A DNA stretch of 19,067 nt, taken from the NCBI GenBank assembly GCA_043822305.1, contig JBDRBU010000052.1, positions 1 through 19,067 of the forward strand, given 5' to 3'. Source of the DNA: Candidatus Firestoneibacteriota bacterium. GTDB taxonomy: Bacteria > Oederibacteriota > D2-FULL-39-29 > JBDRBU01. Below the pieces are notes generated by a model. That model had not been told where the DNA came from. It saw nothing but the letters and a program-made list of their open reading frames with translations, and ran no database searches. This document shows, piece after piece, positions 7,289 through 16,358 of this stretch (position 1 is its first letter; every line of letters begins with the position of its first letter). The translations under genes and the position numbers were made by a program.

Positions 7289-9196
7289 ATGGAAAACAAT
7301 AATGAAAAAACGATAGACCAGACTTCAATAGAAATGTTGAAGAAAGCAGAAAAAGAAGGGTTGGAAACCGCTTGGGATAGATATGAAATAATGCAGCCAC
7401 AATGTGGTTTTGGAGAACTTGGTCTTTGCTGCAAGATATGTAATATGGGGCCTTGTAGAATTGATCCTTTTGGAGAAGGACCTAAAAGAGGAATTTGCGG
7501 GGCGACAGCGGATATAATCGCGGCTCGTAATCTGGTTAGAATGATTGCTGCTGGTGCGGCTGCCCATTCAGATCATGGCCGGGATATTGCCCAGACATTA
7601 ATTATGGCCGGAGAAGGCAAAACAGATGGTTACAAGATAAAAGACGAGGAAAAATTAAAAGTATTAGCCGAAGAGTTAAAAATAAAAACCGAAGGAAAAG
7701 ATATTAAACAAATCGCTAAAGAAGTAGGAGAAAGGCTTTTATCCGAGTTCGGACAGCAACACGGTAAACTTCATTTTTTTAATCGTGCTCCAAAGAAAAG
7801 ACAGGAAATTTGGGAAAAATTAAATATTCTTTCTCGTGGCATTGATAGAGAGATTGTGGAAATGATGCATAGAACAAACATGGGAGTAGATAATGATGTG
7901 GATAATATTATAAATCATGGCATGAGGACATCTTTAGCTGATGGTTGGGGCGGTTCTATGATTGCCACTGAATTATCAGATATTTTATTTGGTTCTCCTC
8001 AACCAGTTCGTTCTCAAGTTAATCTGGGTGTTTTAAAAGAAGACGAGGTAAATATAGTCGTTCATGGTCATGAACCAACACTTTCCGATGTAGTTGTTGA
8101 AGCATCAAAAGATCCTGAACTAATTGAGTTAGCTAAAAGTAAGGGAGCGAAAGGTATTAATCTTTCTGGTATTTGCTGTACGGCTAACGAAATTTTAATG
8201 AGACATGGGATTCCTATTGCTGGAAATTTTTTACAACAGGAATTAGCCATATGCACTGGTGCGGTAGATGTGATGTTAGTTGATGTGCAGTGTGTTTTTC
8301 CTGCCCTTGGCTCATTAGCTGAGTGCTTTCATACGAAAATTATTTCCACCTCGCCCAAAGCTAAATTCCCCGGGGTTGAACATATAGAGTTTAAAGAAGA
8401 AGAAGCTCTGGCTATGGCTAAAAAGATTATTCGTCTAGCCATAGAAAACTTTCCAAACAGAAAAAAAGAAAAGGTTTATATTCCATCTAATAAAATGGAC
8501 TTAGTTGCAGGTTTTACAACCGAGAATGTTTTTTATAATCTGGGCGGAAAGTATAGACCAAGTTACCGACCTTTAAATGACGCTATCATATCAGGAAGGA
8601 TAAGAGGTGCGGTGGGAATAGTTGGCTGCAATAACCCAAAAATAAAACAGGACTTTGGACATGTAGAAATGGCCAAGGAACTTTTAAAGAATGATGTCTT
8701 GATAGTTGTTACCGGTTGTTCAGCTATTGCTGATGCTAAAGCCGGGCTTTTAATTCCAGAAGCAGCGTTTGAATATGCAGGAAAAGGATTACAGGAAGTA
8801 TGCAGGGCTGTTGGGATACCACCTGTCCTTCATATGGGTTCATGTGTTGATATTAGCCGAATTTTAAATGTTTTGTGTAATGTTGTGAGCGAAGGTGGTC
8901 TGGGTGAAGATATATCTGATTTACCTGTGGCTGCAGCTGCTCCTGAATGGATGAGTGAGAAAGCCGTAGCCATTGCCTTTTATGCCGTGGCCTCTGGTGT
9001 ATTTACAGTTCTGGGTGTCCCTTTCCATATTTTAGGAGGCAAACAAATTACAGAATTACTTACCGATAAAATAGAAAAACTTGTTGGAGCAAAATTTGCT
9101 TTTGAATCTGATCCTATAAAAGCGTCACATTTAATAATCGAACATCTTAACAAAAAAAGAGAGAATTTAAAATTAAAACCAATGATGTATGAGTAA
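7289..9196 (+). CDS. cooS: Anaerobic Ni,Fe carbon monoxide dehydrogenase catalytic subunit (AcsA/CooS)
   Basis: D/B cluster CGFGELGLCCKICNMGPC...GIC; HSDH; C-cluster ligands HGHEP, GICCT, DVQC, GCNN, TGCS, GSCVD; PEWMSEKA. Confidence 0.97.
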   Translation: MENNNEKTIDQTSIEMLKKAEKEGLETAWDRYEIMQPQCGFGELGLCCKICNMGPCRIDPFGEGPKRGICGATADIIAARNLVRMIAAGAAAHSDHGRDIAQTLIMAGEGKTDGYKIKDEEKLKVLAEELKIKTEGKDIKQIAKEVGERLLSEFGQQHGKLHFFNRAPKKRQEIWEKLNILSRGIDREIVEMMHRTNMGVDNDVDNIINHGMRTSLADGWGGSMIATELSDILFGSPQPVRSQVNLGVLKEDEVNIVVHGHEPTLSDVVVEASKDPELIELAKSKGAKGINLSGICCTANEILMRHGIPIAGNFLQQELAICTGAVDVMLVDVQCVFPALGSLAECFHTKIISTSPKAKFPGVEHIEFKEEEALAMAKKIIRLAIENFPNRKKEKVYIPSNKMDLVAGFTTENVFYNLGGKYRPSYRPLNDAIISGRIRGAVGIVGCNNPKIKQDFGHVEMAKELLKNDVLIVVTGCSAIADAKAGLLIPEAAFEYAGKGLQEVCRAVGIPPVLHMGSCVDISRILNVLCNVVSEGGLGEDISDLPVAAAAPEWMSEKAVAIAFYAVASGVFTVLGVPFHILGGKQITELLTDKIEKLVGAKFAFESDPIKASHLIIEHLNKKRENLKLKPMMYE

Positions 9197-9319
9197 AAAC
9201 AAATTAAATCAAATAGTTAGAGTGAGTATTAAATAAAGGAGGTGCTGTTTCCATATTGTCGGAGAGTAAAGGCAGAAGGATAAATGGTATCTGTCCCTAT
9301 TTAAAAAAGAGGAGGAAAA

Positions 9320-10234
9320 ATGAAAGAATTTTTTTCAGGTCTTGTTAAAGGATTGATTATGTTTGTGTTGATAGTTTCAATCTCTGCGGCTAAAAAAAGA
9401 ATTTGTGTCATAGATTTTGAAGATAAAACATCTGGACAACATCATGGTTGGCGGGAAGTAGGCAAGGGTATGTCGGATATGCTCGTTACATCGTTAATAA
9501 AATCTAACAAATTTATGGTTATTGAGAGAGAAAAATTAACAAAAATTATGGAAGAGCAAAAACTCGGTGCTACTGGTGCTGTCACACCTCAAACAGCAGC
9601 AAAAATAGGTACTTTACTTGGAGTTAGTTATATCGTTACAGGAAGTGTAAGTGAGTTTGGTATAAAAGAAAGTAAGTTAGGTATTGGTAATTTAGGAGGA
9701 CTCTTACCTTTTGGTGGTGGAATTGACACAAGAACAAACACGGCAAAAGTAGCCGTAGATATTAGATTGATAGATACTTCAACATCACAAATAATTAGAG
9801 CAGAAAAAGGAGAAGGAGAAGAATCAAGCACTGGTGTATCTATTGATTTAAGTATAGCTCCCAGCGTGGATTTTGGAAAAGATGGATTTGATGAAACGGT
9901 TATAGGAAAGGCAACTCGTAAAGCAATAGATATTGTAGCCAAAGTAATTATTGAAGAAGAAGCCAAGATGCCGTGGACAGCAAGAATTATGAAAATCTCA
10001 GGTAATCAAATTTATCTTAATTCCGGCGAGGAAGATGGAGAAAAAGTTGGGAGGATAATGGGTATATATAGAAGAGGAGAAGAATTAGTAGATCCAGATA
10101 CTGGAGTGTCACTTGGTGCTGAAGAGAAAAAGATGGGAATAGCCAAGACAGTAAAGGTTGAAAAGAAATTTTCCATTGCTGAAACAGATGCGAAAGATTT
10201 ATTACAAAGTGATTATTTAAAAGAAGAGAAGTAA
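9320..10234 (+). CDS. Secreted CsgG/HfaB family protein with FlgT-C-like C-terminal domain
   Basis: Signal-peptide-like N-terminus; KKRICVIDF, LVTSL..SNKFMVIERE, YIVTGSVSEFG, VAVDIRLIDT; C-terminal IYLNSG...LVDPDTGVSLG. Confidence 0.85.
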   Translation: MKEFFSGLVKGLIMFVLIVSISAAKKRICVIDFEDKTSGQHHGWREVGKGMSDMLVTSLIKSNKFMVIEREKLTKIMEEQKLGATGAVTPQTAAKIGTLLGVSYIVTGSVSEFGIKESKLGIGNLGGLLPFGGGIDTRTNTAKVAVDIRLIDTSTSQIIRAEKGEGEESSTGVSIDLSIAPSVDFGKDGFDETVIGKATRKAIDIVAKVIIEEEAKMPWTARIMKISGNQIYLNSGEEDGEKVGRIMGIYRRGEELVDPDTGVSLGAEEKKMGIAKTVKVEKKFSIAETDAKDLLQSDYLKEEK

Positions 10235-10247
10235 AAAAGGAAGGGAA

Positions 10248-10282
10248 GACAACCCCCTGGGCCCCCTTTAATAAGGGGGAAT
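10248..10282. repeat. REP-like palindromic repeat, copy 2
   Basis: GACAACCCCCTGGGCCCCCTTTAATAAGGGGGAAT; same stem and orientation as 5746-5779. Confidence 0.8.
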
Positions 10283-10306
10283 ATGGGAATATAAAAAGGA
10301 GAAAAG

Positions 10307-11254
10307 ATGAAAATAGATGTGAAATCAGAAATACTTAAAGCAGTGGAAATAATAAAATTAAACAAGGAAGCAATAAAAGAGGTTTACGAAAGAAAAGAAT
10401 CTAATTTACCTGCTTTATTGATTGTGCTGATATGTGGTTTAATACCTGGTGTTTTTAGATTAAGTGTTTTAGGAATTATTATTGGGCCACTTCTTGCTTT
10501 AATTGGAACAGGAATTTATACGGCTATTATTTTTATTCTTGCTTTAATATTTGGAGGCAAAGGTTCTTACTCAAAATTGTTTAGAGTGATCGGCTATGCG
10601 TGTATGTTAGGCTGGCTTGGCTTTATTCCATTTGTGGGTTGGTTACTTTGTTTATGGATTTTAGTAGTTACTTTTATTGCTTTACAAACAAATTTTAATA
10701 TGTCTAAGGTGAAAGCAGGTCTAGTAGTGTGTATACCTGTTGTTATATGGATTATTATTTTTTTGGTTGCAATGGCTGCAGTATTACTTTTTAAAAATTT
10801 TAATAAGTTTTTACCAATGGCTGCAAAATTAGGGGGAAGTTGTAAAACAGATGAAAAGAAAACGGATACGACAAAAGAACAAATAGGAGGATATAAAGAA
10901 TTAGCAGAAGTAATTAAAAAAGCAGCAGAGATATCAGAGAAAAATTTTAAAATTCCAGATGATATTCCTATATATAAAAATTCAGAGGCCGGAACTGTGT
11001 TTTTTTATGAGGATGGAGGAACTGCAGAATTTTCATCGTCAGATAATGTTGGGAAAGTTAAAGAGTTTTATATGAAAGCCCTAAAAGAAAAAGGATGGAA
11101 AATAGTGGAGAGTATGAAAGTAGAAAATTTAAACATGTATTCAGTTTCAGCAGAAAAAGGTAATGATGATTTAGAAATCAAAATTTCAAATTTAGAGGAA
11201 GGAAAAAATAAAACTTATATTAGCATTTCATTATCAAAAAAAGACAAAAAATAA
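10307..11254 (+). CDS. Yip1-domain membrane protein with C-terminal soluble domain
   Basis: About five hydrophobic segments with FGGKGSY..LFRVIGYA...IPFVG (Yip1 pattern); hydrophilic tail with IPDDIPIY...FY..AL.EKGW. Confidence 0.75.
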   Translation: MKIDVKSEILKAVEIIKLNKEAIKEVYERKESNLPALLIVLICGLIPGVFRLSVLGIIIGPLLALIGTGIYTAIIFILALIFGGKGSYSKLFRVIGYACMLGWLGFIPFVGWLLCLWILVVTFIALQTNFNMSKVKAGLVVCIPVVIWIIIFLVAMAAVLLFKNFNKFLPMAAKLGGSCKTDEKKTDTTKEQIGGYKELAEVIKKAAEISEKNFKIPDDIPIYKNSEAGTVFFYEDGGTAEFSSSDNVGKVKEFYMKALKEKGWKIVESMKVENLNMYSVSAEKGNDDLEIKISNLEEGKNKTYISISLSKKDKK

Positions 11255-11324
11255 GGGAAACAAAATATTAGCGGGATTGTTGGAAAGTGTCAAATGTCAA
11301 GATCTGACCCCAAGGAGGTAAGTT

Positions 11325-13514
11325 ATGTCAAAGATTATTGCTACAAGAGCTATAAGAGGTGCACATAGTATAGTTAATAAGGCAGAAGGGTTTTATAAAA
11401 AAATGTTAGCGGAGAAAGGGCCTGATGTAAAAGTAGGGTTTCCAGACACGGCGTATTATCTGCCATTTATATATGCTATGTTAGGGTTAAAAATCACAAA
11501 ATTAGGAGAATTAGATTATGTCTTAAAATATTCTAAAAGTCTGCTGGCACCAATTCCAGATGAAAAGATATGGCTTCCGTATCTGGGAAATGTTTTAGAT
11601 TGTGGCATGGCCACATTATTTGCGGAAGAAATAATTGAAGTGTTAAAATATTTAGAGAGGCCGGATTTTGTTAAAGAACCATGGTTAGGATTTACAAATG
11701 ATTCAATCTTAAGAGAGCAGGGTATAAAACTTGTAGATGGCCGGATGCCGGGTTTTGCTGCCCTGGTTGGTGCTGCTCCTTCAGTAGATGAAGCCGTTAA
11801 ATTAGTCAGGTCATTACAGGAAAGACAAATATTGGTATTTATTGGAGGTCATACCCATGGTGTGAGCATAGCCGAGCAGTTAAATGAAGCAGGAATTCAA
11901 ATGGGATGGGATACTTTTATTGTTCCATATGGTAAGGATATTTATTCTGCAATTTATGCTTTAAATTTTGCTTTAAGAGGTGCTATGGCTTTTGGAGGGA
12001 TAACACCAAAAGGTAGAAAAGAAGCAACAGAACTTTTGCTTTATAATAAAAAAAGAGTTTATGCTTTTGTCATTGCCTTAGGAGAAGTAGATGATGAGAA
12101 ATTTGCAACAGCAGCAGGTGCTATAAACTTTGGATTTCCTACTATTGCAGATACTGATATTGACCAAATCCTTGTAACAGGTGTTTGCACTTACGAGCAT
12201 GTTGTTTCTCCTGTTACATTAGATAAGATAGTAGAAAAATCAGTAGAAGTTAGAGGATTAAAAATAAAAATGGAAAAACCTCCTATTCCTGTATCATATG
12301 GTGCTGCCTTTGAAGGAGAAAGAGTTAGAAAAGAACAACTGGCCTTAGAAATTGGTAGTAAGGTTTCAAAAGCATTTGAATATTTAAGAATGAAAGATAT
12401 GAATCAGATTGAAAATGGTAAAGTTGAAGTAATAGGTCCTGAGATTGATACTGTCTCTGAGGGGGGCAGTCTTCCCCTGGCCATAATTATTGATGTCGCC
12501 GGAAGAAAAATGCAAAAAGATTTTGAAACAATATTAGAGCGAAGAATCCACACATTTTTAAGTGAGGCCAGTGGCGTGATGCATATAGGTCAAAGAAATA
12601 TGATCTGGATTAGAATCAGTAAAGAAGCAAAACAAGCAGGATTCAAACTAAAACATCTGGGTGTGATTTTAAACACAAAACTACTTTCAGAATTTCCGGC
12701 TATAGTTGATAAATCACAGGTTACAATATATACGAACTTAGAAGATATAGAAAAGCATTTACCAGAAGCAATAGATGCTTATAATCAACGAGATGAAAGA
12801 GTTTCCGGGTTAACAGATGAAAGTGTTGATATATTTTATTCCTGTACGCTCTGTCAATCATATGCACCAAATCATGTCTGTATGATTACCCCGGAAAGAT
12901 TGGGTTTATGTGGTGCATATAACTGGCTTGATGGAAAAGCAGCCTATGAGATTAATCCCAATGGTCCAAACCAGCCCATAGCCAAAGGAACTTGCCTAGA
13001 ACCAGTGAAAGGTCAATGGGAAGGTGTAAATAAAGCCGTGAATGAAAAATCAAATAGAGCCTTAGAAAAATTTAATGCATATTCTATTATGGATTTTCCA
13101 ATGACCTCTTGCGGTTGTTTTGAATGTATAGTTTGCGTTTTACCCGAGGCAAATGGTGTGATGATTGTCAACAGAGGATTTTCTGGAATGACTCCTATTG
13201 GTATGACATTTTCTACACTGGCTGGTTCGGTTGGAGGTGGACAGCAAACACCCGGATTTACCGGAGTTGGAAGATTATATTTAACCAGTAAAAAGTTTAT
13301 ATCTGCGGAGGGTGGGCTACATCGAATTGTGTGGATGACAAAAGAATTAAAAGAAGGGCTGGGAGAACGATTAAAGAAAAGAGCCGAAGAATCTGGCACG
13401 CCCGATTTTATAGAAAAAATTGCAGATGAAACTATGGCGACCACAGTTGAAGAATTAGTTCCATTTTTACAGAAAGTAAATCATCCGGCATTAACCATGC
13501 CTTCAATAATGTAA
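11325..13514 (+). CDS. acsB: Acetyl-CoA synthase (bacterial-type, 729 aa)
   Basis: FPDTAYYLP; A-cluster ligands SCTLCQSYAPNHVC, GLCG and MTSCGCFEC; SD AGGAGGT. Confidence 0.97.
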   Translation: MSKIIATRAIRGAHSIVNKAEGFYKKMLAEKGPDVKVGFPDTAYYLPFIYAMLGLKITKLGELDYVLKYSKSLLAPIPDEKIWLPYLGNVLDCGMATLFAEEIIEVLKYLERPDFVKEPWLGFTNDSILREQGIKLVDGRMPGFAALVGAAPSVDEAVKLVRSLQERQILVFIGGHTHGVSIAEQLNEAGIQMGWDTFIVPYGKDIYSAIYALNFALRGAMAFGGITPKGRKEATELLLYNKKRVYAFVIALGEVDDEKFATAAGAINFGFPTIADTDIDQILVTGVCTYEHVVSPVTLDKIVEKSVEVRGLKIKMEKPPIPVSYGAAFEGERVRKEQLALEIGSKVSKAFEYLRMKDMNQIENGKVEVIGPEIDTVSEGGSLPLAIIIDVAGRKMQKDFETILERRIHTFLSEASGVMHIGQRNMIWIRISKEAKQAGFKLKHLGVILNTKLLSEFPAIVDKSQVTIYTNLEDIEKHLPEAIDAYNQRDERVSGLTDESVDIFYSCTLCQSYAPNHVCMITPERLGLCGAYNWLDGKAAYEINPNGPNQPIAKGTCLEPVKGQWEGVNKAVNEKSNRALEKFNAYSIMDFPMTSCGCFECIVCVLPEANGVMIVNRGFSGMTPIGMTFSTLAGSVGGGQQTPGFTGVGRLYLTSKKFISAEGGLHRIVWMTKELKEGLGERLKKRAEESGTPDFIEKIADETMATTVEELVPFLQKVNHPALTMPSIM

Positions 13515-13524
13515 GGGGGAGATT

Positions 13525-14046
13525 ATGAAGAGAGGAACGATATGGATTGATATAGGAAAATGTGTAGGATGTAAGACTTGTGAACTTCAGTGTGCCGTTG
13601 TTCATTCAAAATCTAAAAATCTTTTTAAAGCAATTTCTGAAGAGCCAATTTCTATTCCACGAATAAAAGTAGAGTCTGTAGGTCAAGGATTTTCAGTTCC
13701 TTTACAGTGTAGACATTGCGAAGATGCTCCTTGCGTAAAAATATGCCCTACAAGAGCATTAGAAAAATCTGATATTGAAAGTCCAGTTTTAATTAATAAA
13801 GAACGTTGTATCGGATGTCGGTTTTGCGTCCAGGTTTGCCCTTTTGGCGTAATAAGAATGGATAAATTAGGAACCACAATTGTTAAATGTGACTTATGCA
13901 TTGAACGTCTTAAAAATAATGAATTACCTGCATGCGTTAGCAGTTGTCCAACACATGTATTAAAGTTTAAATCTTTAGAAGAACAAGTATCCGAGATGAG
14001 GAAAAAGTCAGCTAAATATATGGTTGAATTTGTGAAAGATAACTAA
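13525..14046 (+). CDS. cooF: CooF-like 4x[4Fe-4S] electron transfer protein
   Basis: CVGCKTCELQC, CRHCEDAPCVKIC, CIGCRFCVQVC and CDLC...PACVSSC motifs. Confidence 0.88.
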   Translation: MKRGTIWIDIGKCVGCKTCELQCAVVHSKSKNLFKAISEEPISIPRIKVESVGQGFSVPLQCRHCEDAPCVKICPTRALEKSDIESPVLINKERCIGCRFCVQVCPFGVIRMDKLGTTIVKCDLCIERLKNNELPACVSSCPTHVLKFKSLEEQVSEMRKKSAKYMVEFVKDN

Positions 14047-14065
14047 ACCAAAGGAGAAAGACGGA

Positions 14066-14521
14066 ATGGAAACAGGTTCTATTTTATCTAAATATGAAAA
14101 GAAAAAGGAAAATCTTTTGGCAGTTTTGCAGGATATTCAGGGTGATAAAAATTATCTTCCAAAAGAGGATTTGAAAAAGATTGCTGAAAATTTTAGTGTG
14201 CCTTTAAGTGAACTTTTTTCACTGGCTACTTATTATAAATCTTTTAGTCTTAAACCAAAGGGCAAATACATTATTTTGGTTTGTATGGGAACCGCCTGCC
14301 ATGTCCGTGGTAGTGAAAGAATTTTACAACAACTTGAATTAAAACTTGGTATTAAAGCAGGAGATACTACTTCTGATGGTATGTTTAGTCTTGAGACTGT
14401 TAACTGTTTAGGTGCCTGTGCTTTAGGACCTTTAGTTGTTGTTAATAGTAAGTATTTTGGGAATATGACGACATCTAAAATAGGAAGAATATTAAAGGAG
14501 TATCTAAGTGGAAAAGATTGA
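14066..14521 (+). CDS. NuoE/HydC-like [2Fe-2S] subunit
   Basis: CMGTACHVRG...NCLGACALGP thioredoxin-like [2Fe-2S] motif. Confidence 0.92.
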   Translation: METGSILSKYEKKKENLLAVLQDIQGDKNYLPKEDLKKIAENFSVPLSELFSLATYYKSFSLKPKGKYIILVCMGTACHVRGSERILQQLELKLGIKAGDTTSDGMFSLETVNCLGACALGPLVVVNSKYFGNMTTSKIGRILKEYLSGKD

Positions 14522-16358
14522 GAGTATAGAGCAGTTAGAAAGACTAAGAAGTGAGATTATTTTAGCCAAAGACCCTAATAAAACTTGCATTGCTGTATGT
14601 TGTGGAACAGGATGTTCGGCTTCTGGGGCAGTACAAGTAATAGAATCTTTCAAAGAAGAAATGAAAAAACAGAATTTAGGAGTAGAAGTATTAGGTCGTT
14701 CAACAGGATGTCAGGGTTTTTGTGAAAGAGGACCTATTGTTCTTATATTTCCAAAAAAGATTTTTTACCAAAAGGTTACTCCAGAAGATGTTCCTGAAAT
14801 TATTTCTGAAACAGTAGTTAATGGTAGAATTGTTGAAAGATTGTTGTATAAAGACGCCTCTACTGAAGCTACAATTACACATATGGAGGATATACCTTTT
14901 TATAAGAAGCAGCGCCGGGAGCTTTTTGCAAATACGGCTCTTATAAATCCACTAAATATCTATGATTATATCTCTTTAGATGGTTATTTAGCATTATCTA
15001 AAGCACTTAAGATGAAACCAGAAGAAATTATAGAAGAAATAAAAAAATCCGGGCTACGTGGTAGAGGTGGTGCAGGATTTCCTACAGGCAGAAAATGGGA
15101 GTCGTGTAGAAAAGCAGAGGGAACTCCTAAATATGTGATATGTAATGCTGATGAAGGAGACCCTGGTGCATTTATGGATAGAAGTTTACTTGAAGGAAAT
15201 CCCCATTCCGTTTTAGAAGGAATGATAATAGGTGCTTATGCGGTTGGCTCAAATTATGGTTATATATATGTACGAAATGAATATCCATTAGCAATTAAAC
15301 ATTTTAGTACTGCTTTAGAACAAGCAGAGGGATTAGGCTTTTTAGGGGAAAATATTTTAGGATCAGGTTTTGATTTTAATATAAAGATAAGCAAGGGTGG
15401 TGGAGCATTTGTATGCGGTGAATCATCTGCTTTACGAGCTTCTATTGAAGGTCGTCTTGGTGAACCATCTGTTAAATATATTCATGCTACTGAAAAAGGT
15501 TTATATGAAAAGCCTACAGTACTTAATAATGTAAAAACCTGGGCAGCAGCAACATTAATCATTAATAAAGGAGCAGACTGGTTTAATAGTATTGGCACGG
15601 AGAAAAGTAAAGGAACTATGATTTTTTCTTTAGTTGGAAAAGTTAATAATACTGGTTTGGTTGAAGTTCCGATGGGAATAAAATTAAGAGAATTAATCTA
15701 CGACATTGGTGGTGGTATCATCGGTGGTAAAAAATTTAAAGCAGTTCAAAGTGGTGGCCCATCTGGTGGATGTATTCCGGAGAGTCTTTTAGATTTACCT
15801 GTTGACTATGAAGCATTAATAGAAGCAGGTTCTATGATGGGTTCTGGTGGAATGATTGTCATGGATGAAACTACCTGTATGGTTAATGTTGCCAAGTATT
15901 TTATTTCTTTTACACAAGAAGAATCCTGTGGAAAATGTGTTCCCTGTCGTGAAGGAATAAAACATATGCTAAATATTTTAAAAAGGATTACAGAAGGCAA
16001 GGGAGAAGAAGGAGATATTGAATTTTTAGAAAAGATAGGCGAGATGGTAAAGAAAACTTCTTTATGTCAGCTAGGTATCTCAGCACCAAATCCAGTATTG
16101 TCAACTATTAGATATTTTAGGGATGAATATTTGGCACATATAAAAGATAAAAAATGTCCAGCGAAAGTATGCACTGCTTTGATTAATTATTTTATTATTG
16201 AAAATAAATGTACTGGGTGTGTGGTTTGTGTAAAAGCCTGTCCTCAAAATGCAATAAGTGGTGAACGGAAAAAACCGCATATAATAGAGCAAAGTAAATG
16301 TATAAAATGCGGAATTTGTGAAAGTGTATGTAATTTTGATGCAATTGAGGTGAGATGA
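14508..16358 (+). CDS. NuoF/HydB-like FMN/NAD(H)-binding subunit with extra FeS domains
   Basis: N-terminal CCGTGC...CQGFC; SGLRGRGGAGFPTG; NADEGDPGAFMDR; GGPSGG; ESCGKCVPCREG...C; C-terminal 2x[4Fe-4S]. GTG start with SD AAGGAG. Confidence 0.94.
   Translation: MEKIESIEQLERLRSEIILAKDPNKTCIAVCCGTGCSASGAVQVIESFKEEMKKQNLGVEVLGRSTGCQGFCERGPIVLIFPKKIFYQKVTPEDVPEIISETVVNGRIVERLLYKDASTEATITHMEDIPFYKKQRRELFANTALINPLNIYDYISLDGYLALSKALKMKPEEIIEEIKKSGLRGRGGAGFPTGRKWESCRKAEGTPKYVICNADEGDPGAFMDRSLLEGNPHSVLEGMIIGAYAVGSNYGYIYVRNEYPLAIKHFSTALEQAEGLGFLGENILGSGFDFNIKISKGGGAFVCGESSALRASIEGRLGEPSVKYIHATEKGLYEKPTVLNNVKTWAAATLIINKGADWFNSIGTEKSKGTMIFSLVGKVNNTGLVEVPMGIKLRELIYDIGGGIIGGKKFKAVQSGGPSGGCIPESLLDLPVDYEALIEAGSMMGSGGMIVMDETTCMVNVAKYFISFTQEESCGKCVPCREGIKHMLNILKRITEGKGEEGDIEFLEKIGEMVKKTSLCQLGISAPNPVLSTIRYFRDEYLAHIKDKKCPAKVCTALINYFIIENKCTGCVVCVKACPQNAISGERKKPHIIEQSKCIKCGICESVCNFDAIEVR

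Noticed and set aside
9320..10234. Curli secretion system
   Set aside because: No csgA/B/E/F-like genes nearby and no clear lipobox; the CsgG/HfaB fold is widespread outside curli systems.
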